A stretch of DNA of 64,000 bases from NCBI GenBank assembly GCA_964019425.1, contig OZ025780.1, positions 992,001 through 1,056,000 on the forward strand. The letters run 5' to 3'. Below, one piece after another: positions 38,444 to 50,929 of this stretch (positions are counted from its first letter, which is position 1; each line of letters starts with the position of its first letter). The notes below the pieces were generated by a model. That model was not told the DNA's origin. It made no database searches and worked only from the letters and a program-made list of their open reading frames with translations. Source of the stretch: Flectonema sp. DT1601 (Eukaryota). The translations under genes and the position numbers were made by a program.

Positions 38444-40853
38444 AAGATATGGTTTTACTGCGCTAATGTATTATACTGGGGTATTACTGTTTATTCTTTA
38501 CTGTTTTTTTTATATTTTTTAATTTTTTTTATATTATTATTATACCTTTTCTTTCATTCTTGCAATTTGCTTATCCATGCTGCGTCTTCCGGAAACAGCT
38601 ACGGATTGGGCCCTCTGTGAGTTACCCTCCTCTATGTTACTTAAGCCTGATTATGTGTCTTATTACCTCCTACTGTGCAGCAATGGTGGATAGGAAATTA
38701 AAATAGCTTTTTTTATTGATGGTGCTATTCTTTTCACGGCACTGAATCTTTTGGAGTTAAAGCAAAGAAAAACAACAACAACAACAACAAACAACCAACT
38801 GTTGCTGTCAATTTCTGTCATTTTTCATTGTTGCATTGTTTGCCTTCTATTTATTATTATTATTATTATATTACACATGCTTCAGAATACCGGTTCAAAA
38901 AATAAAGATTTTCACTCAAGGGGGTGGTTTGTTCCACGGGATGGTGTTATCTGCAATCGCACACCATTTTTCTTTCCACGCAATTAGACCCCCAAAGTGG
39001 TTTTTCCCGCCACCTATTTTTATTTAAAAAAACTATCCCTCCTCCACTATCCTTTTTATCATCAAACAAGACACTCGCAACTTTTTTGAGTGTAAAAAAA
39101 AAAACAAAAAAACAGAGCATATTCCGTAAACGAAGCCTCCGGTGAAAAAAAGAATTTTTTTTTTTGGGCACTCTGGAGAATGTGTAGTATATTTTAATTC
39201 CTTCTTCTACCATACGACCTCCCTGGCATCAATGCATCTACATATGTAAAAAAAAAAAAAAAAAAAAAACATCCCGCCAGTTATGCACATAAATTGTAAA
39301 ACACAAAATAATAACGAACCACGAAAAGTGGTGAATAACAATTTCTTTTTAAAAGTGTTTTTTTTTTTTTAATTTTTAATTTTTAATAAAATGATTTTAG
39401 CAGACTTTACAAACATTATTGCGACTTATTGATCGCCTGTGTATGCGTTTGATGTAAATCGATGCTTCATTATGGCATAGGGGAGAAGGGGCGTTCTGAA
39501 TCATATTTCAACAACACCAATGGAATTTTATTGATAATGGTTGAATGTTGGTCTTTGTTCCTCTCAATAAAATACATGGTTTTAGAGAAAGCTTCTCGGC
39601 CCTTTCCCCCATCTCAACTCTCTGCGGAAAAAAAAAAAAAAAAAAAAAAATAGATTGCATAAAAGCGTCTCTACCGAGATTGCTACAATTCAATGCTGGA
39701 TAGACAGCATGTTGAGGGTTGCGGTACTACAAAGATTTCTTTCATATTATCCCTTGGTTTAAAATTGTTAAAAAAGAGAGAGAGGATTTCTTCTTGCATT
39801 TAATGCTCTCTCTCGCTACAAAAAAAAAAAAAAAAAAACACTACCACATAAACCCTTATCGTTTTCCCTCATCCTTCCCCATTTTTATTTTATTTTAATT
39901 TATTCAAAACTTTTTTTTTTGTTGGCAATCTATAACCTATTTAATGCTGTGTTAAGGAACCAGCATCTATCTTCAAATAAAATTCACGTTGTTTTAAATT
40001 AGGAATTTTGAAGTTTTTATTTTTATTTTTATGTTATTTATTTATACCTAGTATTCCTTTTTGTTTTTTTTTAATTTATTTATTTATTATATTATTTACA
40101 TTAAGAGCGATTTTCTCGCGCGATCTATTGTTGGCGATGACTGGCGTTATCAGCCCAAATATTTTCTTATTTTTTTTTATTATATTATTATTTTTTGCAT
40201 TTAACAAGTATTGTAAGAACAAAAAGGAATGTTGGGCAGCACGCGTAAACCTCCTTTAGCTTTATCAGTTTAAGTCGGTTCACGGGTTTCGTGTCACAAA
40301 CAAAAAATCACAGTGTTATAATATTATTATTTTCTGTATAGTTGAAGATAAAACCAATTCTTTTTTATTATTTACAACAACAATATTATTACACTAGGCA
40401 AGGATGGAAAAAAAAAAAAAGCTAATTTTTTTTTTTTTTTTGTTTTGTTTTTGGCATCCCGGAAAAGGCTACAGATTGGGTCCTGGGTTTCTCCCAGGGG
40501 GGTACTCATACTGCAACGTTGGGTCTTATTTTCTTCCTGTTGGTATCACAAAACTAACTCCCACGGGATTGAAAATAGGATGCGTTCCGACAGTATAATC
40601 TATTTAATAAGCCGCTATTCTTACCTATCCTATATTATTATTACATAAGAACAAACTACATCTTCTTCTTCTTTTTTTTTCTTTTTTTTTTTTTAGATTG
40701 CTTATGCTATTCCTTTTAGCTTTTTTTATCAGTTTGAGTCGGGGGGGGGTTTCACCAAGGGGGGTTTTTTTTTTGCGCACACACAAAATAAAAATCATCA
40801 ACACGTGTTATATTATTGTGCGTGCGGTTTGGTTTTTAAAGCCATTCCTTATG

Positions 40854-40894
<41 letters not shown>

Positions 40895-41561
40895 TTTGTG
40901 CTTAGTTAGTTTCATACGTCGATGGTTCATTTTATTATTTATTTCTTGTTTGATAGTTAGTTAAGCTTGGCGAGGTAGAAAGCTGAAGTTAGTATCAGCA
41001 ATCATATCCTCTGTTTGCTGTGAGTTACCCTCCCTAGTGACGTTTTGGATTGTATACCTAAATAGATTATGATTTCATGCAACCTAACGAATGAAAAAAA
41101 AAAAAAAAAAAAAACAGGTCGACATATTATAACCAATCAAAGAATAGTTCACAGCAATGTGTTTTTCTTTGATGCTTATTCTCTTATTAAAGTGTATCTA
41201 GTCTCCCTCCTAGCCTGGCTTAAATTTTTCTTCCATTTCTTCCATTTCTTCCTTCCTTCCTTTCTTTCCCTCCTTTTTTTTTTTCTTTTTTTTTGAAAAT
41301 TACCGATCGAGTTTTTTTTTTCCCATCCTCTGCCTGCTTGATAGAGGTACCCAGAAGAGTAGTTTTCACTTGGATTGCGATCCGCAGAGATGTTGGTATA
41401 TTGATCTTTTATTACAGTATCAGATAGTTATCTCTCCCAGTTTTTCTTTTTTATCCCTACTTCTTGTGTTATTAGCCATTTACTAACTTAACCTACCAGT
41501 GTGACTGGTTGGGAAGAAAAAAAAAAAAAAAAGTAATTTACACAATGAGAGGCTTTTTGAT

Positions 41562-41596
<35 letters not shown>

Positions 41597-41892
41597 AAAA
41601 GAAAAGAAACACACTAATCCATTTATTTATTTATTTATTTTTTTTCCCTCTCCCTCATACACTCTTCCTCACTATAAAAAAAAAAAGAAAAAAAAAAAGA
41701 TTTATCCCGAAATTACAATTTGCATTAAATATTTGTAACTTTTTCGTGTGATGTTTTTTTAGTAGTTCACTTCATTACAGGTGTGTGAAATGTGTCGCAG
41801 TTACTGTTACCGAATACAATGTGGGATTGTGTCTCTGTCGTATTTGACGCGGTTCTGCATTTGTTATTATTATTATTATTTTCAACAGGGGA

Positions 41893-44800
41893 ATGGTGCT
41901 CGAATCGGGCTCCAGTGAAGTTACTTGGGAGACATCTGACGACGAGTCCTTACCATCACAATGCAATCTATTCTTTGTGGGATGCGATCCACCAGCTGTA
42001 GCTGTTGACAATAAGTTCGATACGGGAGGTCCAATGTGGGCAGAAAAACCCTCCGCAAGTGAGAACGAAAACGGTATGAAGATCGCAATGCTTCTCGTTG
42101 AGACTTTTGGAGAAGTCGGTAAAGAAGCTGTGTCATTCTGCAACAGTTGTGCAGAACCAGTTGAGAGGTGTAATTTAATTCACTATTATACTCTTACCAA
42201 GGCATCGATAAAAAGACACAAGGCGGGAATCGAAGCGGTGATCGCTGGAGTTAAAAAATTTACAAAAAATAAAGTAAAAAATAACATCATTGATGCCCTT
42301 CAACGAGAAATATCTCAACCCTACGGAGTATCAGTAGTACTGGGGAAAGTAAGTCGAGCTGAGAGTGGTAGCTTTAAAGAACTTGACACACTACGATGTG
42401 TTGATGAAGTGGCTAAACTGAACCCTTCAAACATTCAATGGGTTCCTGGTGATCAATTTCAGTCATCTGAAACACCATTCTGGTGTGACACTGAACGTTG
42501 GAAACGAATTAGAACTGAAAGACTCCTCGACAATCTCGACGTTCCCAGTGATGAAAACCCAACAACTGATTCTCCTGAAAATGTTCTAAACTTCTCTGAT
42601 GACGACGAATCATTACTCTCATGGGAGGAAGCTCTCTCACAATCATCGTCGAAGTGTCAATTCTCCGTCTCTGAAATTCAACTAATTTGCCTTTCTGCAG
42701 CAATGTCTTCTGTTCGTATTACGACTGGTTTATTCGGATTTGAGTTCCCTTCCACAGGTTTGAATGTTATAAAGAAAGCTGCTCGAGATCACAAAATCAG
42801 ATTCTTCGTTGAATGGGACCTCACAGAGCTTGATGAGAGCAACTCGACGTATACTGGTCCTGGACCGAGATTCGAACCTCGGACACCTCGATGGTGTTTG
42901 ACGGCAGTGAGATCACATCAAGAGAGTGCGTTGAATGCGACTTTTCCGAGATTTGAAAACGGGAATTCAAGACTGAGGAGTGGAGTAGTAGCTCTACCTT
43001 GTGGTGCTGGTAAGACATTAGTTGGTGTTATGACTTCGGCATCATTAGGTGTACCGTCACTTGTTTTATGTACATCAGGTGTTGCTGTTGAGCAGTGGGT
43101 TGCTCAGTACGGAAAGTGGGCTGACTTACATACAATTGAAGGACGCGTAGCTCGCTACACTGGTCGAGTTAAAGACAAAATCACACCATCAACACAAATC
43201 GTAATCACAACTTACAATATGCTCATTGCTAGAAGACGTTCTGCGGAAGCCACAAAGGCTGTAGCGACTGTCTTGGAAAAGCAATGGGGTATTGTTATCC
43301 TTGATGAAGTACACGTGTTACCAGCAGAGTCGTGTAGTAATGTTATAAAAGGTCTTTCAAGCAGATCTTTTATTGGCCTGACGGCAACATTAGTTCGAGA
43401 GGACAATAAAATTGATTCTTTAAACGAACTAATCGGTCCTCGACTTCACGAAGCTGAATGGGGTGATCTCGTTAACGTCGGTGTCCTCGCACGAGTAAAA
43501 TGCATCGAAGTTCGCTGCACTTTAAGCAATGAGTTTGCAGCAGAGTACCTCAGATATCCAAGTGGTAAGTTAAAAGATTTCATAGCTTGTTTGAATCCGT
43601 CAAAATTACAAGCAACTGCGGCAATTGTTAATTACCATGAAATGAGAGGTGATAAGACTTTAGTGTTTAGTGACAGTTTGTTTGTATTAAATCAGTTACA
43701 AAGTATACTACGAAAACCTTCTGTGTCGGGTGCAACTCCATTAAAGGAACGATTGCAACTCTTATCAGACTTTCAGTCGGGAAGGAGATTGAATACTTTG
43801 ATAATTAGTAGAGTGGGTGACTGTGCAATAGATCTTCCTGCAGCTTCCATCATCATTCAAGTCTCTTCACACTTTGGAAGTAGACGTCAAGAAGCTCAAC
43901 GTCTTGGTCGTATTCTCCGTCCCAAGGGATCCCTTGTCAAACCCGTTCCGTTTGTCCAAACATCCTCTTCTGAACGGTCAAGTTCGAAACCCCCCAATGC
44001 TCTTTTTTATTCCGTTATCAGCCAAGATACTGCTGAAGTTGAATATTCCAGACGTCGACAACTCTTTCTAGAAGAACAGGGATACTCCTATCAACAGGTG
44101 AGCTACAATGCTGATCCACCGATACTGAGGACTGCCAAGGAGCGAGTTGATCTTTTAGCGAAGACTCTAACCCATTGGCAGACAAGTCAGATAAAGGACG
44201 CTTCGGAGAGGAAGAATGTTGAAGCAGAACTGCAATTAGAATGCCTCATCGAAAGATCACCTTCTCCAGATCGTCCTGTTGCAGAGAGAAGAATTACAAA
44301 CATGTCGATGTTTTCATGTCCCGATCCGAATGCTTTAATATACGGAGAGTGGACACTAGCAAATGATATCAACGATGAGCAAAACTCTCCAAAACCTGCC
44401 GCAAAGAATAGTAAGAAACCTGCCGCTAAAGGTAAGCAACCTGCGAAGAAAGCATCCGCTTCTACTTCACCAGTTCCAAGTCCATCGTCTGAGGATGAGA
44501 CGAAACCCAAAACACGTCGAAAACCTGCAGCGAAATCAACGAAAGCGAAGAAACCTCCAAGAAAGTCGTCAACTTCTACTTCTCCGCTACCGAATGTATC
44601 ATCCGATGATGAGGTAAAGCCGGGTGTGCGTCGAAAACCTGCAGCGAAATCAGCAGCTAAGAAGACTCCAAAGAAACCGTCTGTTTCGAAGAAACCTCAA
44701 ACTTCTACTTCTACTTCTCCACAACCAAACATTCCATCTGCTGATACTCAACCTGAGGAACTTCAAAAACCCGCAGCGAAGTCGACAGCAGTCAAGCAAT

Positions 44801-45054
44801 CCTCCAGAAGATCATTTCCTGTAGCTCAATTAATTGATTCAGAAGTACCGACTGCAGCTACTCCAAACACTCTGACACTCTCTCCTGTGAAGGGTCTCTC
44901 ATCAGATGAAAGACGTAGTGTGTTTGATAAGTTTCGTCACAATCCAATTCGTAGTAATAATAAAGACACTAAGAACAAGCAGCCTCCAGGTGATGATTCC
45001 CTTCCTGATAAAAGGAAAAAACCTGACGACGATAATAATAATGAATCGAAGTAG
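41893..45054 (+). CDS. XPB: XPB/ERCC3-family DNA helicase with Lys/Pro/Ala/Ser-rich C-terminal tail
   Basis: RSGVVALPCGAGKTLVG, ILDEVH, GLTATLVRED, SSHFGSRRQEAQRLGRILRPK and RRQLFLEEQGY. Confidence 0.93.
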   Translation: MVLESGSSEVTWETSDDESLPSQCNLFFVGCDPPAVAVDNKFDTGGPMWAEKPSASENENGMKIAMLLVETFGEVGKEAVSFCNSCAEPVERCNLIHYYTLTKASIKRHKAGIEAVIAGVKKFTKNKVKNNIIDALQREISQPYGVSVVLGKVSRAESGSFKELDTLRCVDEVAKLNPSNIQWVPGDQFQSSETPFWCDTERWKRIRTERLLDNLDVPSDENPTTDSPENVLNFSDDDESLLSWEEALSQSSSKCQFSVSEIQLICLSAAMSSVRITTGLFGFEFPSTGLNVIKKAARDHKIRFFVEWDLTELDESNSTYTGPGPRFEPRTPRWCLTAVRSHQESALNATFPRFENGNSRLRSGVVALPCGAGKTLVGVMTSASLGVPSLVLCTSGVAVEQWVAQYGKWADLHTIEGRVARYTGRVKDKITPSTQIVITTYNMLIARRRSAEATKAVATVLEKQWGIVILDEVHVLPAESCSNVIKGLSSRSFIGLTATLVREDNKIDSLNELIGPRLHEAEWGDLVNVGVLARVKCIEVRCTLSNEFAAEYLRYPSGKLKDFIACLNPSKLQATAAIVNYHEMRGDKTLVFSDSLFVLNQLQSILRKPSVSGATPLKERLQLLSDFQSGRRLNTLIISRVGDCAIDLPAASIIIQVSSHFGSRRQEAQRLGRILRPKGSLVKPVPFVQTSSSERSSSKPPNALFYSVISQDTAEVEYSRRRQLFLEEQGYSYQQVSYNADPPILRTAKERVDLLAKTLTHWQTSQIKDASERKNVEAELQLECLIERSPSPDRPVAERRITNMSMFSCPDPNALIYGEWTLANDINDEQNSPKPAAKNSKKPAAKGKQPAKKASASTSPVPSPSSEDETKPKTRRKPAAKSTKAKKPPRKSSTSTSPLPNVSSDDEVKPGVRRKPAAKSAAKKTPKKPSVSKKPQTSTSTSPQPNIPSADTQPEELQKPAAKSTAVKQSSRRSFPVAQLIDSEVPTAATPNTLTLSPVKGLSSDERRSVFDKFRHNPIRSNNKDTKNKQPPGDDSLPDKRKKPDDDNNNESK

Positions 45055-45412
45055 CTGCTGCTTTCACTTTGATTCGCAGCCCTACACGTGATGAGTGCTC
45101 CATTGGTAGTGCGCTACGAACTAGTAATAGTGATGAAAATAATCAAAGGTAACTCGGCATAGTCACTTTTTACTTAACGCTGATATATCCTTAACAGATT
45201 GTTAACTTATTAACGTAATATGATATTATTATAGTTGTGTTTTACGAGTTCAAAGATTTCAACCCTCCTCTAACACGTATTGCCTTTATTCAGAGGTGTA
45301 TTTGTATTTTTTTTTTTTTTTTTGCTTCCATTCTAGGCAAAAGGAGAGAAGAAGACCAAGAGACTTGTTGTTTCACTCTTTTTCTTTAAAACACAGCAAT
45401 TAGTACTAAAAT

Positions 45413-45949
45413 ATGAGTGAGGAAGACACTTGTTTGGCAGAAGCCGTTAGTGAATTTCGGTCACTACAATCGAGGAGGGCGGCAGCTTACAGCAAATTAG
45501 ATGCTGCGTTCCTTCCACAGTTCACATCACCTTTGGTAACGGCAGCAATGCAGATACGAGGAAGAGAGGAAGCGGCGTTTGTTCAAAAGGACTTTATCGA
45601 TGTTTCTACGAGTGTGAGGAGTCTTGAAGAGAAGTTATTAAATAGCGGATGTGAGCGACAGGTATCCCTCGCAAAACTTCTGAGGGAAATTCAAAATTTA
45701 GAAAAAGAAAAATTAAACCTAACTCACGCAATCTACAAGTCTCGTATGTTACTAAAAGGTTATTCTGACTATGCTGAACGCAGAAAAGATCCTTGGGAAG
45801 CTGAAGAAGAGTTCTACGGAAACGATTTCGAAGGAAAAGCACCTCCAGTAGACGTCGAAGAAGACAAAATTCTTGCTGCCCGCCGCAAGATGACTGACAT
45901 TATAGAAAGCATTAATGATTTTATCGACAGGATAAACGATCTGGTTTAA
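45413..45949 (+). CDS. REX1-B (required for excision 1-B) domain protein
   Basis: Pattern F..LQ.RRA..Y..L...F ... F...S..V..L ... LA.LLREIQ.LEKEKL.LT ... IESINDF matches the REX1-B family as recalled; not verified by search. Confidence 0.7.
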   Translation: MSEEDTCLAEAVSEFRSLQSRRAAAYSKLDAAFLPQFTSPLVTAAMQIRGREEAAFVQKDFIDVSTSVRSLEEKLLNSGCERQVSLAKLLREIQNLEKEKLNLTHAIYKSRMLLKGYSDYAERRKDPWEAEEEFYGNDFEGKAPPVDVEEDKILAARRKMTDIIESINDFIDRINDLV

Positions 45950-46061
45950 TGAATTACAAACTTTTTTTCACCCTAACCCAAAAAAAAGAGTGTTCCTTCT
46001 TACTTACTATTAGTGACTATTTAGTTATGTTAACTCTTTCCAATTAGATTATATTTATATT

Positions 46062-49000
46062 ATGTCCGATTCTGATGATGAGGTTATTAGTCTTCAGAAA
46101 GCTTTATCTGACAGGATTCTTGATACGAGAGAACAGTTAAAGACTCAGAGAAATCTTGAAAAAACATTGAGGGAATCAAAAGAAAAAGAAGAACTATTCG
46201 AAAGTCTGATTTCATATGAGGAGGTTAAACGAGATGGAATTGACAATGAAAGAGACAATGTTTCAACACCACCACCCGTGTTGGAAAGATCTGCTTCTGC
46301 GACTTCTTTTGAGAAGATATCTGCGGACGAATCACCGACAACAACAACACTGGCCATCCGTACCGAGCAGCGGAGGTCTTCAAATATGAAATCCTACGAA
46401 GCAAGTCTTCGACGGCAAATCGAAGAACACAAAAAGCTTTTATCCACTAAAAGAGATCGGCACAACCTCAAAGAACACGAGTATCAGCAACAATTGTTTA
46501 CTTTAAAAATTCAACGGAGGGGAAGGAGGAATGCAACCGTACCCCTGAAAATTGAAATTTTAAAAAAGAAAAAGAGGACGATGGAGACGCTGAGTAAGAG
46601 AAACAACTCGTTGCGTAGTTCTTATGAAAAACAGCAAATGGAAATTTTTGATTCGAACGTTTCCAAATTAAGATACGATTTGAAATCGAAACCGATCAAT
46701 CCAGTTGTAGTCATATCAATAGGAAACTTATTTAATGAACTTCACTTGTCTGTCGTAAAAATTGCGAAGGAACAAGGATTGCTCTACGTTGAGAATAGTG
46801 CTTCACTTTGGTTGTTTATAAGTGATTCACCGATTGCTGCTGTTGGATTTGCTAAGGCAGTTCAAGAAGTCAGTAATTGCATTGGATGGGGACTCCGTCG
46901 GTTAGAAGAAACAAACGGAGTCCCACCTCAACTCAGTTTTGGAATGTCTCTCGGAGAGGTTCACGAGACTAGTGAAACACTTATTAAATTAGACAAAGAT
47001 CAATCCCAAACTCAAAACTCATCTCCAAAGGGAAGCCCTGGTAAAAAGAAATCATGTTGGGTATTGGCAATGCAATGTATAGAACAATCCCGAAATCCAA
47101 GTAATGTTCTTAAAAGCATTGTAATAAAAGGCTGGTCAGGTCGATCCTTCTCCACCGCAATCCTAAACGAGAGAACAGCTAACTGCGGAGAGATAGTTCT
47201 CTGTCGTCAATGCTCCGATGAGATAAAAGACTACAGCGATGTACTGGAAGGGAAGGGTGGGTATTCCATCGCACAGTCTAAATTAGGTCTGAATTTTATT
47301 TTATTTTAACAAACATTTAGATTATCATCTTTAATACTTTTACTTTCTAATCAAACATAAACCACAGTTGGATGTATTGTCCTAACGCACACGGCATGTG
47401 GAACGACTCCAAATAGTGATAAGCCACCACCTCAAAAGCAAACCACACTGCTTGAGTTGCGATCTGCTGCCATTGAAAATCAATTAATGCATGACGAGGA
47501 TAGAATTGAGAGTAAAAAAGCACCAACTGGATTCGTAACGATTATGTTTACTGAGATACAGTCTGCTTCAAGGTTGTGGGAAGCCTGTCCAGCAGCAATG
47601 AAAAAATCAGTTTTGATTCACAACAACATAATAAGAGAACTTTTAAAACTTTATAACGGCTACCTTGTAAAGGAAGAAGACTCCGCGTTTATGATTTCTT
47701 TTGAATTTGTTCAAAGTGCAATGGAGTTTAGTATGAGTTTACAACTCCGACTAATGAACGTGACGTGGGATCAACAACTATTATGTCAACCTGAAGCATC
47801 AGATGTTCACGTTGATTCACTTCCCGTATACCACGGATTACGTGTTAGAGTGGCATTCAATTGTGGTGAACCGAATGAAGCAGATTCCCCAAATAAAAAA
47901 ACAATCTACTTCGGTCCCGTCGTAGCTCTTGTTTCTCGACTCATCGGTACTGGCAAAGGAGGGGAAACAGTTGTTGGAAACAACGCTATGGGTGCTTTAA
48001 AACGCTGCGGAGCTTTACCCAGTAAGTCTGTAGTCGTCCGAGTCTGTGGACCTCGACTGTTAAAGGGAATAACAAAGGAAGAAACTATTTCTCATCTATT
48101 ACCCAGAAAGTTATCCGGTAGGAAAGATGTTTCAAAGAGAGAGGGAGATGGACAATTTTCAAATGTTTGGAATCAACTGCCGACACATAAAAAACGAGTT
48201 GTTAATGTGATTGAAAAACAACAGCAGATATACCTATTGGGATTGAAGAAGAAGGTTCCTAAACTAATGAAAAAGATCTGTACTTTACATCAACACATTG
48301 AGATCAGAGAGAATACCCGAATGCAAGAAGAAGATGGATTCATTCAGGAAGTACCTCCAGTTGGAAAAGTTGCTTTAGTCTACACTGAAATCCATCCTGG
48401 GACTCAATTATTTGAATCTGATGATTTTGATATGACTTCTCTCCTTCAACAGCATAACTTATTAGTTAGAAATTTACTCTCAAAATATCAAAGTTATGAA
48501 ATAAAATCACATCAAGGATCGTTTATGATACTATTCAACACCGTAACGGAAGCTTTAGATTGGTGTGTTACTTTACAGTGTCAGCTTCTAACTCAAGCAT
48601 GGCCAATAATGGTACTGGCTCACCGTGATATTGCTTTGGTGTATGGAAAGACTGGTGATATTATATTTAGTGGTCCACGTGTCAGGATGGGAATTGATGT
48701 GATAGAACCTAATTACATTCATGAAACTAATAATGGTAGGTCTGATCTATTATCAGAACAGTCAGATCCTGTATCTAGCTTAGCTGGTTCAGCTAGGGCG
48801 GGTGAGATATTAGTAGGAAATGATGCCTTTGAGGAATTACAAAAGTTGGATGAAATCCAACAGGGATCGATATTTCGACATCTCTCATCGGTTGCTATGA
48901 CACAAGCCACACCAACAGGTGATCGTATGATTCATTCAGTTATACCGAACTCTTTAATTGAACGCAGAGAGCTGTGGGATTCAAAGGTATCTCACACTAC

Positions 49001-50875
49001 TGACAATCCATACCCAGATTCTATAACAGATACTATGCGTGGTGTTCTGTGGCAATGTGATACAGGTATCGTATTTGTTGAGATATTTTAATATTGGATA
49101 AGTCTACAATAAATATTCTTCAAACAGGTTCAGTAGAAGACACTCTCACAACACTGTACCAACTGTTTTCAGAAAGGATTGAGAACGTAGCTTCAAGGCT
49201 ATCCATGTGTGAGATAGTTCAGGTTGCGACTGATGATCTAATAAATCTAAATAACGATATCATTGCGGCAGTCAAGTTCGTAGTATTCCTCTCTCGTGGG
49301 GTTATGGATATTGAAACTGATCACACATACCAGCATGTTAAAGATCTCATATCTCGCTTACGGATGTGTATTGATTGTCTTCCTGAACAGCAACATAATC
49401 AACCAATTGTTAAAACTAATGAGCAAACTAATACTAAACATCAACGAAAATTAGAAAGGGGAAGAAGACGAACTGTAAAACAGTCGAGGTCTGATGTTGT
49501 CATCGCTGACGACTTCACTGCCTTGTGATTCATCCTCGTTTTTATTATTATTTACACTTTCTTTATAATATTCTAATCATTAGTTCTGAGTTGTTTAAAT
49601 TTTTTTTTTAAAAACTTTTTCATTCACCAGACACATAAAAACGATGGGTGTTGAGCTTATCGTCGATGATTGTGAGGTTTCCGAAATCAGATGCTCTGCT
49701 GATATAAAACGACCGACTGACAGGCGTACTGTGACCGCATTCATATCTGAAAGAGTTCGAAGAACAAGAGAAGCAGAGTTAAACAACGAAGACATGTACG
49801 GCAACCCAACAGACAGAATTGAAAAAATGAAAACTCCTGCAAACGCAGTCACCACCAACGGAAGTCCAATCAGAGGTGGGTTACCTCTCTCGTTGTATGA
49901 AAAGGAACAGCTCATAGAAGAGTCAGCTGGTCATCCATATTTAAAACAAATACTTCACGGGTTAAATGTCTATTCTGATGGTGGTTGTGTTAGACAGACC
50001 AACAGCAGTCAATTGAGAGCTCAGAAACATTCAAAAGTTCCATTAGTCACATCACCTGTTGAGAAATGTTTATCAGTGAGTCCCGCTGCTATTGAAGCAA
50101 TGGATCACATGCAGTTGAATTTACCTGAGCAACCTGGTTTAGTGTTATCACCTCCGTGGTTGGTCAGTAGACACTCAATTGTTACTGGTGGGCCAAGTAC
50201 TAGGAAACCATCAACGTCAAAGAGTGTTACTCCTCGTAAAGCTGATATTTCACCACCAGCTCTAATTAGAGGTCCATCACCTCCACTTTATCTAAGAGAA
50301 GTAAGAGATGGTGATGGGATAACATCATTCGAAGATGATCGCGGGTATGACGTCTTAGAACGTCTGAAGGGAATTATATCTCCTCGGACTGCACAGAAGG
50401 TTTGATTTTTTTTTTTTTTTTTTATACAAACAAAATCATCTACAAAGTGTTACATTACTGTTTTCTGTATAGTTTTAATAAGATAAAAAGCCAATTCTTA
50501 TTTTTTTATTTTTATTTATTTATTTTTTAAATCAGAAAATAAAAAAAAACAAGTCTAAAAACAGGTTGTTTCTGATATTGCAGTAACCTCACGACTCAGG
50601 AAGTCAAGATCACCTGACCCCGTTAGTGGAAATGGGAGATCTGTGAGTAGAGTCTCACATGGAATGGTTTCTTCGTCGTCCCCATCTTCACTCAAACGTA
50701 AAAACCTAGAGGAGCTAACTAACAGACGAAAGAAGAAGACTAACAGGTATTTTTATTTTATTTTTTAATTTTTTTTATTTTCTGGTTTTCGTTGCACAGA
50801 ACACGACTAACTGGTACTCGACGTTGGACTGCAAGTGGCTTCGGTCACTGCGTGTTGCGTTACATGTGTGGCTGA
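46062..50875 (+). CDS. Soluble multi-domain class III nucleotidyl-cyclase-like protein (probable pseudo-cyclase); exons 46062-47286, 47368-49065, 49128-49488, 49631-50399, 50565-50746, 50800-50875 (last two less certain)
   Basis: Two clear cyclase folds (VTIMFTEIQSASRLWE...GLRVRVAFNCG; VALVYTEI...GPRVRMGI) plus a third degenerate one; five phase-compatible GT-AG introns. Confidence 0.75.
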
Positions 50876-50929
50876 TGTAGTTCCTCTTTGGGAGCTAGTT
50901 GTTTTGTTGAGAAGGCAAACTATCTATAC

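Noticed and set aside
45091..45162. Possible TFB5/REX1-S micro-ORF (…MKIIKG) upstream of REX1-B
   Set aside because: No splice option yields TFB5-like continuation; the frame stops immediately.
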